From positions 1 to 55,772 of the forward strand of contig JAQGDQ010001202.1 in assembly GCA_030141605.1 (NCBI GenBank): 55,772 bases of DNA. The letters run 5' to 3'. Made by a program: the position numbers and the translations under genes. Of this stretch, positions 1-18,800 are shown piece by piece. Source of the DNA: Tubiluchus corallicola (lineage: Eukaryota; Animalia; Priapulida). The notes under the pieces are model-generated. The model saw only the letters and a program-made list of their open reading frames with translations. It was not told where the DNA came from and searched no databases. Each line of letters starts with the position of its first letter. Positions within the stretch are counted from its first letter, which is position 1.

Positions 1-242
1 ATCTCCACATTCATCTAGTAATTTAAAAACAGTGGTACCTATGATATCCCCCCCCCCCCAAAAAAAAAACACACCATATCTGCAACTCATTGTGTCCCGA
101 AGATTACCTGTCACTTTCTATAGAGAATAAACAGACTGCACCATTTTGTCAGGACTATGTAAACTCATTCATAGGTTCCTCTGTGTAAATTAGAATACAT
201 GAAATTATTGCACTCACCATTTTGCAGAGATGTTTGCGACAA

Positions 243-2770
243 TTAGTCGGCTAGTCGCGCCTTCTTAATGGAGGTCTGGTAAAGGGCTGAGTTCTGCTGA
301 TGATCCTTCTCCAAATTGTGTAGTCCATGCAGCAGTACATTCGCCAGGCGTCTCAGAGCATTTCTTGAAAGTTCTCCAAAATCAAAGTAGGCATTGATTA
401 TGGAGAGGATGTTCATGAGCTTGTTGCGGCAGCAGACTGTGTGAGTTGACTTCTTCACAAAACACAAGCCAGTTGTTACGAATTCGAACGTGAAAATGTG
501 GGGCACTGTAAGACCTCCCCTAGACACTTCTTCAATGAACATTTTCATTTCCTCAGAAAGGAGAGGCTCATCCTCGGGAAAAGAAATGTCATTTTGGCAC
601 TTACTCTCCAACCAACCTGCAACATATGCACACGCGTTCAGTTCAGTTTTGGAAAGAGTCTCGTCAACACAAATCTCCATAATTTTGGCATCCTCGAAAT
701 CAATCCCATTGCATGTGTGCAACTGGCTTTCGGATGATGTGTCTGTGTCCACAAACTCCAGGAATGATGCAGAGAAACGCGCCAGTCTCCGCTTGAATGC
801 TGAACAGACATCTCCAGCTTGCATGAATGCATTGGCCCCCCTTGACTGCCTGTAAACTGAGAACTCACCCTCTATTCTGTCACTCTGAAGTTCACGCAAT
901 AATACGTAGTGAAATCCAACATAAAACAAGTGCCTACAGATTGCGAGGCGTCCCTCCGTGGTCTGAATCAAAGCTTTTCGCGTATCGTGTGTCAGGCATT
1001 CAATTCTATTTAGTCCGTGTCCTGATTCGGTTTGCTTAAACAGAGTCAACAACGACTGAAGAGTATCAGATGTATCTTGTTGAACAGATCGATCAGGGTC
1101 TCTCATCCTCGTGTCTTGACCTCTGGCAGAAACATTTACCACATTCCACCAGCGTAGTACTTGCTGAATGAATTCTGCAGTGTCCTGGGCTCCTCGAAGT
1201 CTCAGCGATGCAACGACACGATCGTTGAACACCCTCAGGACATGTTGCACATTCTGGAGCTGAAGTTTCGATGGGAAGACTGCAGAATATGTCAAAGGTG
1301 TTGACTTCAGCACATTGTCTTTCTCAGCTTTGTAAAGACTTTTTACTTCAGCAAATGAGCCAACAGTTTTCTTGTCAAACGATAATCTCTGACATTTCTC
1401 CGTGATCCAGTTGTTGCTGATACATTTCAGAATGTGGACGGCATCATACAACAGGAACCACACTCGTGTATTTTCCAGGGGGTGTTCAGCCTCCCAGTCT
1501 GTTCGTCTGGTAAACAATTTGCAGTATTGTTGGTTGATCTTGTGGTTGTCCGTCATGGACCCTAAAACAGTTCCTTCCAAATTCTCAACCACTGTAGCAG
1601 CCTCCTTCACGACAGAGAATTGATATGCAGCAGTCAGCTTGTGAACGGGGGTCACTGATATCATCACGCTGGGGCCACCATGTAGACATTTAGCCATCAC
1701 ACATAGCATTGATGTAGCTTTACTGTCTGGCTCATTTTTTGCCATGCCATTTAGCATACCCCCTGAAAAAGCCACTGTTGGACGTATTTTCACTTCATCC
1801 ACCAATAGCATACAGTGTTTCTGCTCAGAGCTTTTCACTTTCTGAAATGTTTTACCTAGCACCTTGTCAATATCTGTCGATGAAATAACTGACTGCAGCT
1901 TTCTTTTGCTGGGTAACACTAAAAAGTCACGCAGTTGTTCGTAATTGCAATGGGGAACTCTATTGCAAAGCAATAATCAGACACTGTGAAAGTCTTATCA
2001 CATAATAGTCGAAGCTGTCGTGTTAGAAATTTGAGCTTCTTGGCTTTAGCATTAGCACTAGGAGATTGTTCTCGATTTTGTGCTAGTTCAAGTTCAAGAG
2101 ACTTTGTCACTTTGTTGACAATATCATCAACATGATGAATGTGGTTGACAACAGAATTCACAACCGCGAAAAATTGTGAGTAAGAGGACAGCCCATTGTT
2201 CGGACTGAGGATTTTACTTAATGGCACACTGATCCCGTTTTTGAAAGCATACAGAGTAAGAGGGGAACACAAGGTAGGCTTATTGTGAACAATAATTGAC
2301 ATATAACATTGACTGTGGTCCTCTTCCATGAACATGCACACAAATTTGTCTTGTGTGCGAGATATAATGAGGTTCTGATACGTCTTATGCAGGTCTTTCT
2401 CAGGAGTGAATTCATTGAGAGAAGTTATTTTATCCTTTTTAAAGAAATAATTCAGCTGCTGGTCCTCAGTTTTTGGAGGGCGAGGTGGTGGCTTTGGAGT
2501 GGGCAAGCATGATGTTGGAACGTTGAAAGTACTGGGTGGATCCACTGGCCTGGTGTGACCACCTGGAATTTTGACCATTTGAGTATCCAATGGCCAATGC
2601 TTTTCGCAAATGAAAAATTTCGTTGGATCAACAACAAAGCCTTCGCGTGGGGGAAGAACACTTGGCCATTTCTGTTTTTCTACATGATCTCTTGGCAGTC
2701 TGAACACACGACACTTGTTCTCCGTGTCATAGTTACCTTTGCATTTCACAACACCACACTTGTTAGGCAT
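243..2770 (-). mobile_element. P-element-superfamily (THAP9-like) transposase, intronless, split by one frameshift near 1952-1955; about 842 aa if repaired
   Basis: ATG at 2770 gives MPNKCGVVKC...FRLP...W...ICEKHW...PSTF, a C2CH THAP domain. The downstream ORF (243-1973) has P-transposase motifs LLVDEVKI, MTDNHKIN, YDAVHILKC, QNV, LQSDRIEGEF and C-terminal AYVAGW/SRGGLTVP. Adding one C to the minus-strand CCCC run joins ...FAIEFP to HCNYEQLRDFLVLPS. TIRs were not identified; the 3' end may lie outside the window. Confidence 0.9.
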
Positions 2771-3103
2771 GCTGCTGAGCACAGATGTATAAAATCCACC
2801 AGAAATTTTGAAAATAATCCACAAAGAAACAAACACAAGCAGACACATTAACAATGGCAAAGCACTACTTCCGGTAAAACACACTTACGCCTAAAGTAGT
2901 GCGCTATTTAAGAAGTAAAAATGAACACTAATTTCCTTTGATACATAAAATAAACAATTGGTACTTTTCTCCCGTAATGTACATGCAAGTATTGATCGCC
3001 TCCGCTAGCCGAATCAGAGATTTCAGCGTGCACGTCCTGTTGGATAGTAGTCCTTGGTATACATTTATGTATACGGTTACAATAAAATACAATGCAAACA
3101 ACC

Positions 3104-3667
3104 TTAACCCTTTCACTGCGGAAGGCAGCACACTGCCACCTATGTTTTTTCGCGCAAGGGATGGAAGGCGGCAGACTGCCTCCCCCCCCCAAGCTCAGCA
3201 CTAAGCGCAGTCACCCAGGTCTGTTTATTTCAGTGCTACGGTCATGCAAAACATTGTAGAAAAGTTTAACAGCCGTGGGATTGGGGTTGCTTCACAACAA
3301 GTAACATTTATCAGCTAATCAGCATCTGAAGCCAGGTGCATTCCACAATACTGTACTGTAGATCGTTGGCGAAACGTATGTTTAGTCATTTGTTCAGCAT
3401 TCTTATAAAATAATTGCGTATTATGGATTAGTAATGTGACGTTTGTGAAAATTGGTTACTAGATATAAGTATGTGATTATAGAGTGCATATAGGCCTATG
3501 TGTGTCTATAAATGAAAAATGTTCAATATTAGTGTTTAATATGAAATTGCTATTTATTTATTTATTTACAACATTCTGTTTTAGTAACACACCACAAGAA
3601 GTTATTGTCAAATGTGCAAAAGCAAATGCGCCACTGTTAAAAAGCAACTATGTAGTAAAAAGGTTAA
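3104..3667. mobile_element. Possible piggyBac-like non-autonomous element
   Basis: The left end TTAA-CCCTTTCACTGC and the right end GTAGTAAAAAGG-TTAA match 13/16 as inverted repeats including TTAA. CCY...RGG ends with a TTAA target are typical of piggyBac. Confidence 0.4.
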
Positions 3668-3992
3668 GTTACGTTTAAAATATTTATGGTACAAAATTTA
3701 CATTAATAGAATGTAAAATAACTGTCATAAACTCATACGCTAATGGCGCATTCAGATGGAGAAACGTCTCGTGAAACTCGTTGCACAACAAGATTAATAA
3801 TTATCTTTATCACTATTAATTACGTTCTCTACAACATCACTAATAATTTTCCAATGCTAAATACTAGAAAATAGACTGCACCATCTATTGACAAAAAAAT
3901 GAATACTTGAAATAAATTTACACAGAATATTTTAGATTCTAACATTTCAGTAGACATATATCAACAAGCTGACAAACCTTTTTAAATTATCG

Positions 3993-4120
3993 ACAAAATT
4001 ACGACAAATTTCACAAGCAAATGGTTTATGAACAGGCTTATCAGACGTGGCACCATACAAAATTACGACAAATTTCACAAGCAAATGGTTTATGAACAGG
4101 CTTATCAGACGTGGCACCAT
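3993..4120. repeat. Perfect 64-bp tandem duplication
   Basis: ACAAAATTACGAC...GTGGCACCAT occurs at 3993-4056 and 4057-4120. Confidence 0.95.
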
Positions 4121-5447
4121 CTAGTAGTCTGATTAGTAAATAACCTGTGCATAAACGCAGCACGTCTCTCTGTCATCCTCATGACTGTAAGAAATAGCAA
4201 ATCTATGTATTAAAAACAAGTAAAATAACAACTAAATTTTTATAAACAAATTATATTTACACAAGTTTTATAAAATAGCTGTAAACCTAATTATATAGCT
4301 TCCGGTAGTAGTTCCGTAGCAGAAGCCTCGACGACTGAAAGCTTGAAGAACAAATATGACTATCCCATCGTATGATAAAGTGACGAAAACGTCACACGCC
4401 TTCAAGAGCATAACAAGGCACCTGGAGGTAGACTTTCATTAACATTGTACTACGTCACAATGGTTAAATTAGTAGTGACACCAGCTAAGTTCTTTTTTAC
4501 TCAAATATTTTCGTAATCATGATTTTCCCGGTGTGTGTTTGTAAAATGTAAACAGTTTGGCGTAATCAATAACCAAATCTAACTGTACGTAAACATTCAA
4601 GTACCTGCACTGTAGCTAAATCTACTGAAATACTTTCAGCAGGAAAAATTGCCAGTTCATTTTACCAATTCATAATGAGTTAACAGTCGCATTATTAACT
4701 ATCTAACCAGCAGGCTGACATGATAAAAATCGAGCCAATAGAAATCTTCCGACGTCACTTTGCGACAGAGATCTTCGTCCTAAATGCACGTAAATTAATT
4801 TCTGTTTGGCTTTATTTTCCACAGCAAATGTTTCTAGAATTTGTTGTACAGCAAGAAAGAAAAAAAAGAGACGATATGAAATTTATCAGCGTGCAGAAAT
4901 TATAGAAATTTCAGAAGGGTATAAAGATTTTACTAACAATTCTAACAACAACAACAACATAAAATCAATATTTTCAAGTTCCACTTTTAATAATCTGTCC
5001 GTAAAGCTATAATTATTTATATTAAATTGATAGTAGTCAGCGAAACGTAAATAATAACAAAACTGAAAGATGTGACGTACCTTGTACCAGCCATAAACAA
5101 CTGTATTAATTTCAGGAAACAAGACTTGATAAAAAAACAGCTATTAATATCAAAAAAGTAGACCATTTTCCAAAGTAAACTCATCCATGCTGACAAACCA
5201 AAAATAAGTCTGTGAATATGAAAGTTTGTAAATAATATTTATAGTGTGTGTGTTATAGTGATTTCTGTAGCAACATTGTTTGTGTTAAAGCCACTAAAAT
5301 TGCAAGACTGAACCTTACAAATATAGACAAACCTTTTGATCGTGTGCAAAACTGTCATTGTATGTTTTACTCAAGTATAATTATAAAAACAACAAACGAC
5401 TCTCCCTATCAATGTAAAACCATGTCAATACGTAAAATAATTTTCTT

Positions 5448-5487
<40 letters not shown>
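5448..5487. repeat. (CAA)n microsatellite
   Basis: Directly visible run of CAA units. Confidence 0.95.
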
Positions 5488-5489
<2 letters not shown>

Positions 5490-6297
5490 AAAGAACTTTA
5501 TTTAAAATAACTTTATTAAGCTTTTCATAATAAATAACCAATTCCCTAAAAGTGTGTAATTGAGAAACGCAATAATGACATGGGCAGTGCTAAGTAAAAG
5601 TCCTATTTACTAATTATCGATGTCAAAGGTAGTTCTTAGGAACACGGTGAATGTATAGAACAACAGTTCAGATAAATAACTCACAACTTCATTTCGCAGT
5701 AAATATAATAATAAATGTTACTTGATAAATTATTAAGACAAAGAACGGTATTATAAAAAGTTTGGTGTAAAAAAGACTAGGACCACGAAGTACAACAAAA
5801 GGGTCAGCAAAAACTTTTTTTACAATGCTACCCTTGGGCAGAAGCAGCAGAATCCCACCATCAACAATTTCACACAAAATATGTGTAAAACAATGTAGAC
5901 TTTATTGTACAGTAGTGCCCTAATAACCGTTCTGCATATTTCAATCTTACTTGTGCATCATATCATACGTTTCTTCAAAACCGTTTTGCACGTTCAATAA
6001 GATTCCGAATTTGCCAATTACGGATATAAAGTACGGTCAAAATCAACATGTTCTATCAAATGGGTGCATAATGTCTGCATTTCTTCACCGGATCACACAA
6101 ATCAGGTAAATATAGTTCGCCGCACACAAAGAACATTTTTTATGAACATTGAAATAAACCTAACTTCTTAGAAGGTTGACTTTTCCTTTAAAGTACAAGA
6201 AATATTTATCCATCGGCTTCTAGAGTAGACTATATACTAGAAACTCATGGTAGTTCATTTTGTTTATTAACAAATTAACTTGAAATGACTGCAGTAA

Positions 6298-6524
6298 TTA
6301 AAGGAAAAGTCAAGCCTTCTGTGAAGCTAAGCTTATTTCAATACTTGCGAAATATGTTAGAAAATTTTTTGTAATAAACCTGCAATGAGCGCATTGTGTA
6401 ATTACTAATTAGTGTAACTGTGTAATTAGGAAAATCACTTTAAAGTCGTTATCATTTCACACCCATTTTGAACGCAAACTTTGAAATAAGCCTAGCTTCC
6501 CAGAAGACTTGACTTTTCCTTTAA
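6298..6524. mobile_element. Kolobok-like MITE, family 1, short copy
   Basis: TTAA-AGGAAAAGTCAAGCCTTCTG...CAGAAGACTTGACTTTTCCT-TTAA, with ~50-bp imperfect TIRs, TTAA on both sides and RR...YY termini. Confidence 0.75.
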
Positions 6525-6542
6525 TTAGCAGGTCCAATGATT

Positions 6543-7010
6543 ATCGACTGTGGCTGAGCAGTGCGATCCTTGAACGTCTCCGGGCGCACGCCTGAGCAAA
6601 GTGTATGGAGATCCTGAGTTGCCCAGACAACAGGAACCCCCTCTCTTCCTCCCTGGTGTAGTCCAAAGGAAAGCGGAGCGATACGTTTGGCACCAGGTTG
6701 GCTGCAGGAGCTGCGGGAGTCAGTGAGCATGCTGCACTGATCCGCCTTCGGGGCTCCACTCCTGATTTGGAAGGTTTACTCCTCTACACATGGCCTTTGG
6801 GTCACTTGACCTCCTCCGCCCTCTAGCCGTTGGCTGCTTGTGCAGCTCCTCCGCCTAGTGTCGAGATACAGTGTTCCGCAGGGCATTCCGCAAGCCTACA
6901 GCACCTGGTATTCCTAGGCGGTCGCCCATCCAAGTACTAACCAGGCTCTACGTTGCTTAACTTCGGTGATCAGACGAGAACCGGTGTTTTCAACGTGATT
7001 TGGCCGGAGC
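6543..7010 (-). mobile_element. Candidate 5S-derived SINE (SINE3) with an RTE-LINE-derived bipartite body
   Basis: The 5S head is followed by ~350 nt of GC-rich body with no TTTT. The body contains CTGGTGCCAAACGTATCGCTCCGCTTTCCTTTGGACTACA...TGGGCAAC...CTCCATAC, which resembles RTE 5'UTRs as I recall them. It ends in sequence encoding RSRIALLSHSR, similar to the RTE ORF C-terminal RSRIGLxSHxR motif. Confidence 0.65.
6892..7010 (-). rRNA. 5S rRNA-like sequence (119 nt), probably a SINE head rather than a functional 5S gene
   Basis: The minus strand reads GCTCCGGCCAAATCACGTTGAAAACACCGGTTCTCGTCTGATCACCGAAGTTAAGCAACGTAGAGCCTGGTTAGTACTTGGATGGGCGACCGCCTAGGAATACCAGGTGCTGTAGGCTT. This is metazoan 5S with box A and box C. 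The 5' end is altered and no T-run terminator follows. Confidence 0.85.
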
Positions 7011-7829
7011 ACATTTTCCAGGATACTCCTTACTTTTCAGAATCATTAATTTTAACATAATTAATTTCGTGATTAAACGATTTTTCGCCAGAAAGTCAAG
7101 TTGATCTTGAATAAGTTTATTTTATTTTATTTTAAATTTGATTTATTTTCACGCAGCTGCCTGATCAGAGACAAATTACTTTAAATCATTAAAGTTTCTC
7201 TGCAGTTGAAATCAGGGCCCAGATTCATGCGCACGTCGTAAGTCTATGCTTTTAAAACGCTAAGACACTGTAGCAAATAGTACTCATGTAGCCATCTTTG
7301 CATTAAGCAGTTTAAGGTTATGCGTGCTATTTGAATTCGATCAAAATGTTTGGCTTGGGTAAAGACACGCTAGGCGGTGCTAGCTTTCAAGTACAAGAAA
7401 ATGGCCGACCAAAGTGAACCTCAGAAAATTCGCAATAAAAAATTATATCACCTAAGTATAATCTTAAGTACTCATGGTTTCGCATTTACTCCAATTTTTG
7501 TAAAATATTTCAACCGCTGCAGTGAACGTTGGCGCGGACATGTTTCATTTAGTCCGCCAATTGAAAAGCCAGCATGTGACTGATCACGTGGCGTGACGTC
7601 ATTCGAACGCAATCGCAGTGAGTTCTGAGCACGTGCACTATAGAGATTTGTGTTATGGTTCTGTGACGCCATTTAATATGACGCCGCCGTGACAGTCTCC
7701 TGGGAGTATTTTAAAACAGGAAATTCTGTTTAACGTGAGTATGATAAACGCTTAAGGTTGCCTCTAAACGTTATAATTGTTTAGCGAAAATTTACTGAGA
7801 TTTGCTTTAGCTAAGCCCTTTCTTGGTCT

Positions 7830-8376
7830 TTAAAGAAAAACCGGACCCAATCTTAAACGGTCGGTCAAAACAACCTAGTCTTCAAAATATTGAACAGAAA
7901 CTTTTTTCAAAAAACGACATACATGAAAGAATTATTACCACACAAACGCAATTTCACGTTCGCGCACTAGCGTGTGCATTTCGGAGATGCATTGCACAAA
8001 AAACAGATGCTATACCTCTCGGTTCAGATGTGTTCGTTTTTGACGAACTACGCACATTTTTGAATTTGAAATTATAATTTTTATCTTAAAACTTGCCTGG
8101 TTTTAGTACAACACACTGAATATCTTACAGTAGCACTGTACTTCAATTTTTGCTTTCACAAACACGTGCAACACGCTCGTGGAATATTTTTCACTGTTGA
8201 AAATTATGTTAGTTTGTGATGTCATCAATAGTTGAGCTCGCCTGTATTAATTAAGTTTATAAGCAGTAAATTTATTTATTAGAAATGCTTTTGCAGTATT
8301 AATTGTGTTAAAATGTACGCTTTTATCAGAGTTGAATATGGGGTAGTATGCGAAAAATTGTCCTGTCTTTCTTTAA
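7830..8376 (-). mobile_element. Kolobok-like non-autonomous element, family 2
   Basis: Reverse-complement match to 16250-16903 and 51371-52001. Both ends are bounded by TTAA with short imperfect TIRs (AGGAAGACAGG / AGCAAAACCGG). Confidence 0.7.
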
Positions 8377-8491
8377 ACAGTTTTTTGTTGCTTACACAAG
8401 TTGTACAGTGAACAACTCACTTACATGTAACATGATTAACACAATAACACATAATAACGTTATGCAACAATAATAAGTTTCTTGATTTTCC

Positions 8492-14366
<5,875 letters not shown>

Positions 14367-15196
14367 TATGAAGCACTAGACAATTTCAACTACAAAGATT
14401 TGTACTGTAGATAAATACTATATAACCCCTTCTTTCATGTACAATTATCACCAGATACACTTTTACCTAGTGAAAGCTCTTTATATACGCTCGATAAGGT
14501 CTATATACTCCGAACTCTTTCAAATCTCCATAAAATTTCCCTTTCGTTACGTGAGAATGAGAGGCGCATCTATGAAAGAGTTGCACTAGTTTAGGGCGCG
14601 TCTGCTGCAAAAAAGGGAATTTCTTGAATTTGTTTACGTGTTACGAAAAAATTCTAGCATCGTTTTCACGGAATTTAGCAAGACGGGAAATCAGTTCAAA
14701 TGAAATCATGTTTTATCCTACAATATCTCGTATAAGTGGGCGCCCCCCACAACCGGGCGGTCTTGATTTCGGGCATACACCACGCTTTAGTGAAACGTAT
14801 CAAACTCGCGTAAAATGGTAATTTCACAGTTTAATTTTGTGTGACAATATAATTGAAGTGACTTGATATCACCACGCCACGTTGAACAATGACAACAAAC
14901 GATACAAGCAGAAGTTTGACCTAACCGTAAATATTGTATCGTTTTCGGTACTTAATTATGTTAAGTGCAGCATTATATAAGGTAGCATTGTGATGCTACG
15001 TCAGCAATTTCCATTTTAGAAGTAAATCCTGTTCGCGTTAGACCATGTCAAATATGACTTTGATGATTCCGTTCGAATGCAGGATATACGCGCAGTTATT
15101 GAAAGGGTTAATAGGTCACGTGGACGTATTTGACATCATTGTATATTCGATACTTTATTGTAGAAATCTCAGTACAAAATGTTACAGTCATTTACA

Positions 15197-15625
15197 TGAT
15201 GCTGATGACGATGATGATGATGATAATAAGGAGGAGGAGGAAGAGGAGGAGGAGGAGGAGGAGGAGGAGGAGGAGGAGGAGGAGGAGGAGGAGGAGGATG
15301 CTGCTGCTGATGATGATGAGGATGATGCATCATCCTCATCCTCCTCCTCCTCCTCCTCATCATCATTATCATCATCATCATCAGCATCATCATCATCGTA
15401 GTCGTCGTCGTCGTCATCTTCACTATTGTCAATGGTCACTATAGTAGTCGTCGTCATCATCATGATCATCATCATCATCATCGCCAACATCATCGTCATC
15501 GTCATCAGCATCATCATCGTCATCATCGTCATCATCGTCATCATCGTAATCATCGTAATCATCGTCAACATCATCGTCATCGTCATATCATCATCACTTT
15601 CGTAGTCGTCGTCATCATCATCATG

Positions 15626-15659
<34 letters not shown>

Positions 15660-15716
15660 CCATCATTAACATCATGATCATTGTCATCACCGTCATCATC
15701 ATCATCACCACCACCA
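15197..15716. repeat. Compound (GAT)n/(GAG)n/(CAT)n trinucleotide tract
   Basis: Directly visible; it explains the poly-E/D/S/M ORFs. Confidence 0.9.
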
Positions 15717-15812
15717 ATAGCAGCGCTTTCAACGCTTATAGTTTTTAACACCAAATTGTCAGATTTTATTGATAATAATTCCACCAATAGCATCTAACAT
15801 GTTGACTTAATG

Positions 15813-18800
15813 TTATAAGTAAGAATGACTTTCAATGAACCACTTATAGTTCAAGTAAACATCTATGAATATCACAATAGCTGATGTAGATGTAACACTA
15901 GAAGTTGCTAAAACAATGGATCCTGCAGATTTTTCTTGTGCAGCTGCAGATATCTTAATCTTCTTGTTACACCTTGATCCCTTGCAGCATTTTGCACACA
16001 CCTGTGAAAAAACAAACATAATTATGACATCAAAATATTTATAATATGATGTCGATCTAAGATGAACAGGTAAAGTATCGATCAACATCATTCATGTCAT
16101 GTATTTCAATTATATGCTTGAAATTTCACAGTGAGGACATTTGTACAAACTTGGCTTCCTTAATGCCCTGCAACACAAATCATCATCTAACTAGATATTG
16201 AATTACGTATATCTCAAAATTTGCTTCTTACTGAGTATTTTGCTTTTTGTTAAAGGAAGACAGGATGATTTTTCATGTAACACCTTATTTTCAAGACCGA
16301 TAAAATTATACATTTTAACACAATAAATACCTAGTGTTAAAGGGTAATAGTGGTAATACCTTAGTAGTAATTAGTGTTCCTGATAATTAAATAATAGATT
16401 AAAAACTTAATTAACGGCCGGCGAGCCCAACTATTGATGACGTCACAAACTAACATGATTTTCAACAGCAAAAATATTTCACGAGCGTGTTGCACGTGTT
16501 TGCGAAAGCGAAAATTGAAGCACAGTGCTACTGTGAGATATTCAGTGTGTTGTACGAAAACTGGGCAAGTTTTAAGATAAAAATTCACATTTCAAATTCA
16601 CCGCTACACTCACGCATGAACTGTAGAACGTGTGCAGTTCGTCACAAACTAACGCAACTGAACTGAGAGGTACAGTACCTGTAATGAGTTTTTGAAATGC
16701 AGGCGCTAGTGCCCGTCTACCTAGTGAATTCCGAAAAGCATGTAACAGCGAAGAACTAATGGCGCGAACGCGAAATTGTGCTTGTATGATAATAATTCTT
16801 TCACGTAAGTCATTTTTGAAAAAAATAGTATGTTTCTTTTCAATATATTAAAGAGTAGATTGTTTTGACCTGCAGTTTAAGATTCGGTCCAGTTTTGCTT
16901 TAAGCTAAAATGGTGATAGTAAGCTAATTTTTTAAAGTGAAAATTAAAGTACAGTGCTACTGTATGAGTTACAGTGTGTTGTACTAAAACTATGCAAGTT
17001 TTAAGATAAAAATTGAAATTTCAAATTTACCACTGTACTCATGCATGAGCTGTGGAACGTGTGTAGTTCATCACAAACTAACACATCTGAACTGAGAGGT
17101 ACAACACCTGTTTTTGTGCAACGTGTTTCCGAAATGTAGGTGCTAGTGGCCGTTTAACTAACAAATGGCGAAATGCATGTAACAGCGAAGAACTAGTGGC
17201 ACAAATGTGAAATTGTGTTTGTGCGGTAATAATTCTTTCATGTAAGTCATTTTTGAAAAAAATAGTATGTTTCTTTTCAATATATTAAAGAGTAGATTAT
17301 TTTGACCTGCCGTTTAAGATTGGGTCCGGTTTTGCTTTAAGCAGTATCATCTTTATATTCTAAATTCAATGTTTCGTTTACTGAACTTGTCATTGTTCTG
17401 ACTTTCTAGAAATAACAAATTGAAAGCTGATGATCCTACAATAAGGAAAACAAATTTATTAATAATATTCTAGTTAAATAAAAAAAAGGAAAAAGTTTTG
17501 TTCTTGGCATAAGTTGCGCAGTTTATCACAAACCGAAAATGCAAATTTTACTATACAAATGAGTATGCCGAGTTATAACAGTATATGCTTACCAACCGAA
17601 GTTAAACAACGTCGAAACTGTTTAATGAATGGGTGGCCTCCCATCATAGTTCTCGTTCATATTTACTTAATTGAGAAGCTGTATCTACAATACAACATGG
17701 TTGAGCCACGTCTGTTGGTACACTGTCTCCCCCTGTAAGATTATCCTTAGTAACGAGCTACGTTCCAGTCCAGCCGCAATCATCTACAGCATGCAGAATT
17801 GTAATTAATTACCTTGACAGTTTGTTTCGTTCTGGCGTTGTTTCTAGTAAAGCAGTACTCTTCACCACGCTTAAGAGCTTTACTTCCACATTCCATTCCA
17901 CCAATTGCCTTGGGTTTCCTGCAACCTCTGTGTATTTCTAGTTTGGTCTTTCCACGAGAAGTTTTCTCTTTGTACCATGCCTGTCATGAAGACGAAGTGA
18001 AGTTAAATTAGGTTAGGTTAGGTTAGGTTAGGTTAGAGTCGTAAAAATGTTTTCTCTCTGTACCATGCCTGTCATGATAACGAGGTAAAGTTAGAATAGG
18101 TTAGGTTAGGTTAGGTTAGAGTCGTAAAAATGTTTTCTCTCTGTACCGTGCCTGTCATGAAGACGAAGTGAAGGTTAGAATTGGTTAGGTTAGGTTAGGT
18201 TAGAGTCGTAAAAATGTTTTCTCTCTATACCATGCCTATCATGAGAACGGAGTAAGGTTAGATTAGGTTAGATTAGGTTAGGTTAGGTTAGGTTAGGTTA
18301 GGTTAGGTTAGAGTCGTAAAAATGTTTTCTCTCTGTACCATGCCTGTCATGAGAACGGAGTAATGTTAGATTAGGTTAGGTTAGGTTAGGTTAGAGTCGT
18401 AAAAATGTTTTCTCTCCGTACCATGCCTGTCATGATAACGAGGTAAAGTTAGATTAGGTTAGGTTAGGTTAGGTTAGAGTCGTAAAAATGTTTTCTCTCT
18501 GTACCGTGCCTGTCATGAGAACGGAGTAAGGTTAGATTAGGTTAGATTAGGTTAGGTTAGGTTAGGTTAGGTTAGGTTAGGTTAGAGTCGTAAAAATGTT
18601 TTCTTTCTGTGCCATGCCTGTTATGAGAACGGAGTAAAGTTAGATTAGGTTAGATTAGGTTAGGTTAGGTTAGGTTAGAGTCGTAAAAATGTTTTCTTTC
18701 TGTACCATGCCTGTTATGAGAACGGAGTAAAGTTAGATTAGGTTAGATTAGGTTAGATTAGGTTAGGTTAGGTTAGGTTAGAGTCGTAAAAATGTTTTCT

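Noticed and set aside
2771-2884. Hydrophobic N-terminal extension of the 321-aa ORF as a signal peptide or TM segment
   Set aside because: It begins at a non-ATG codon. THAP domains sit at the extreme N-terminus, so ATG 2770 is the likely start.
6892-7010. Functional 5S rRNA gene
   Set aside because: It is a solitary copy with a disrupted helix I at the 5' end, no oligo-T terminator, and a retroelement-like body attached.
15045-15793. Poly-E/D/S/M/P ORFs
   Set aside because: Trinucleotide repeat artefacts with no splice support.
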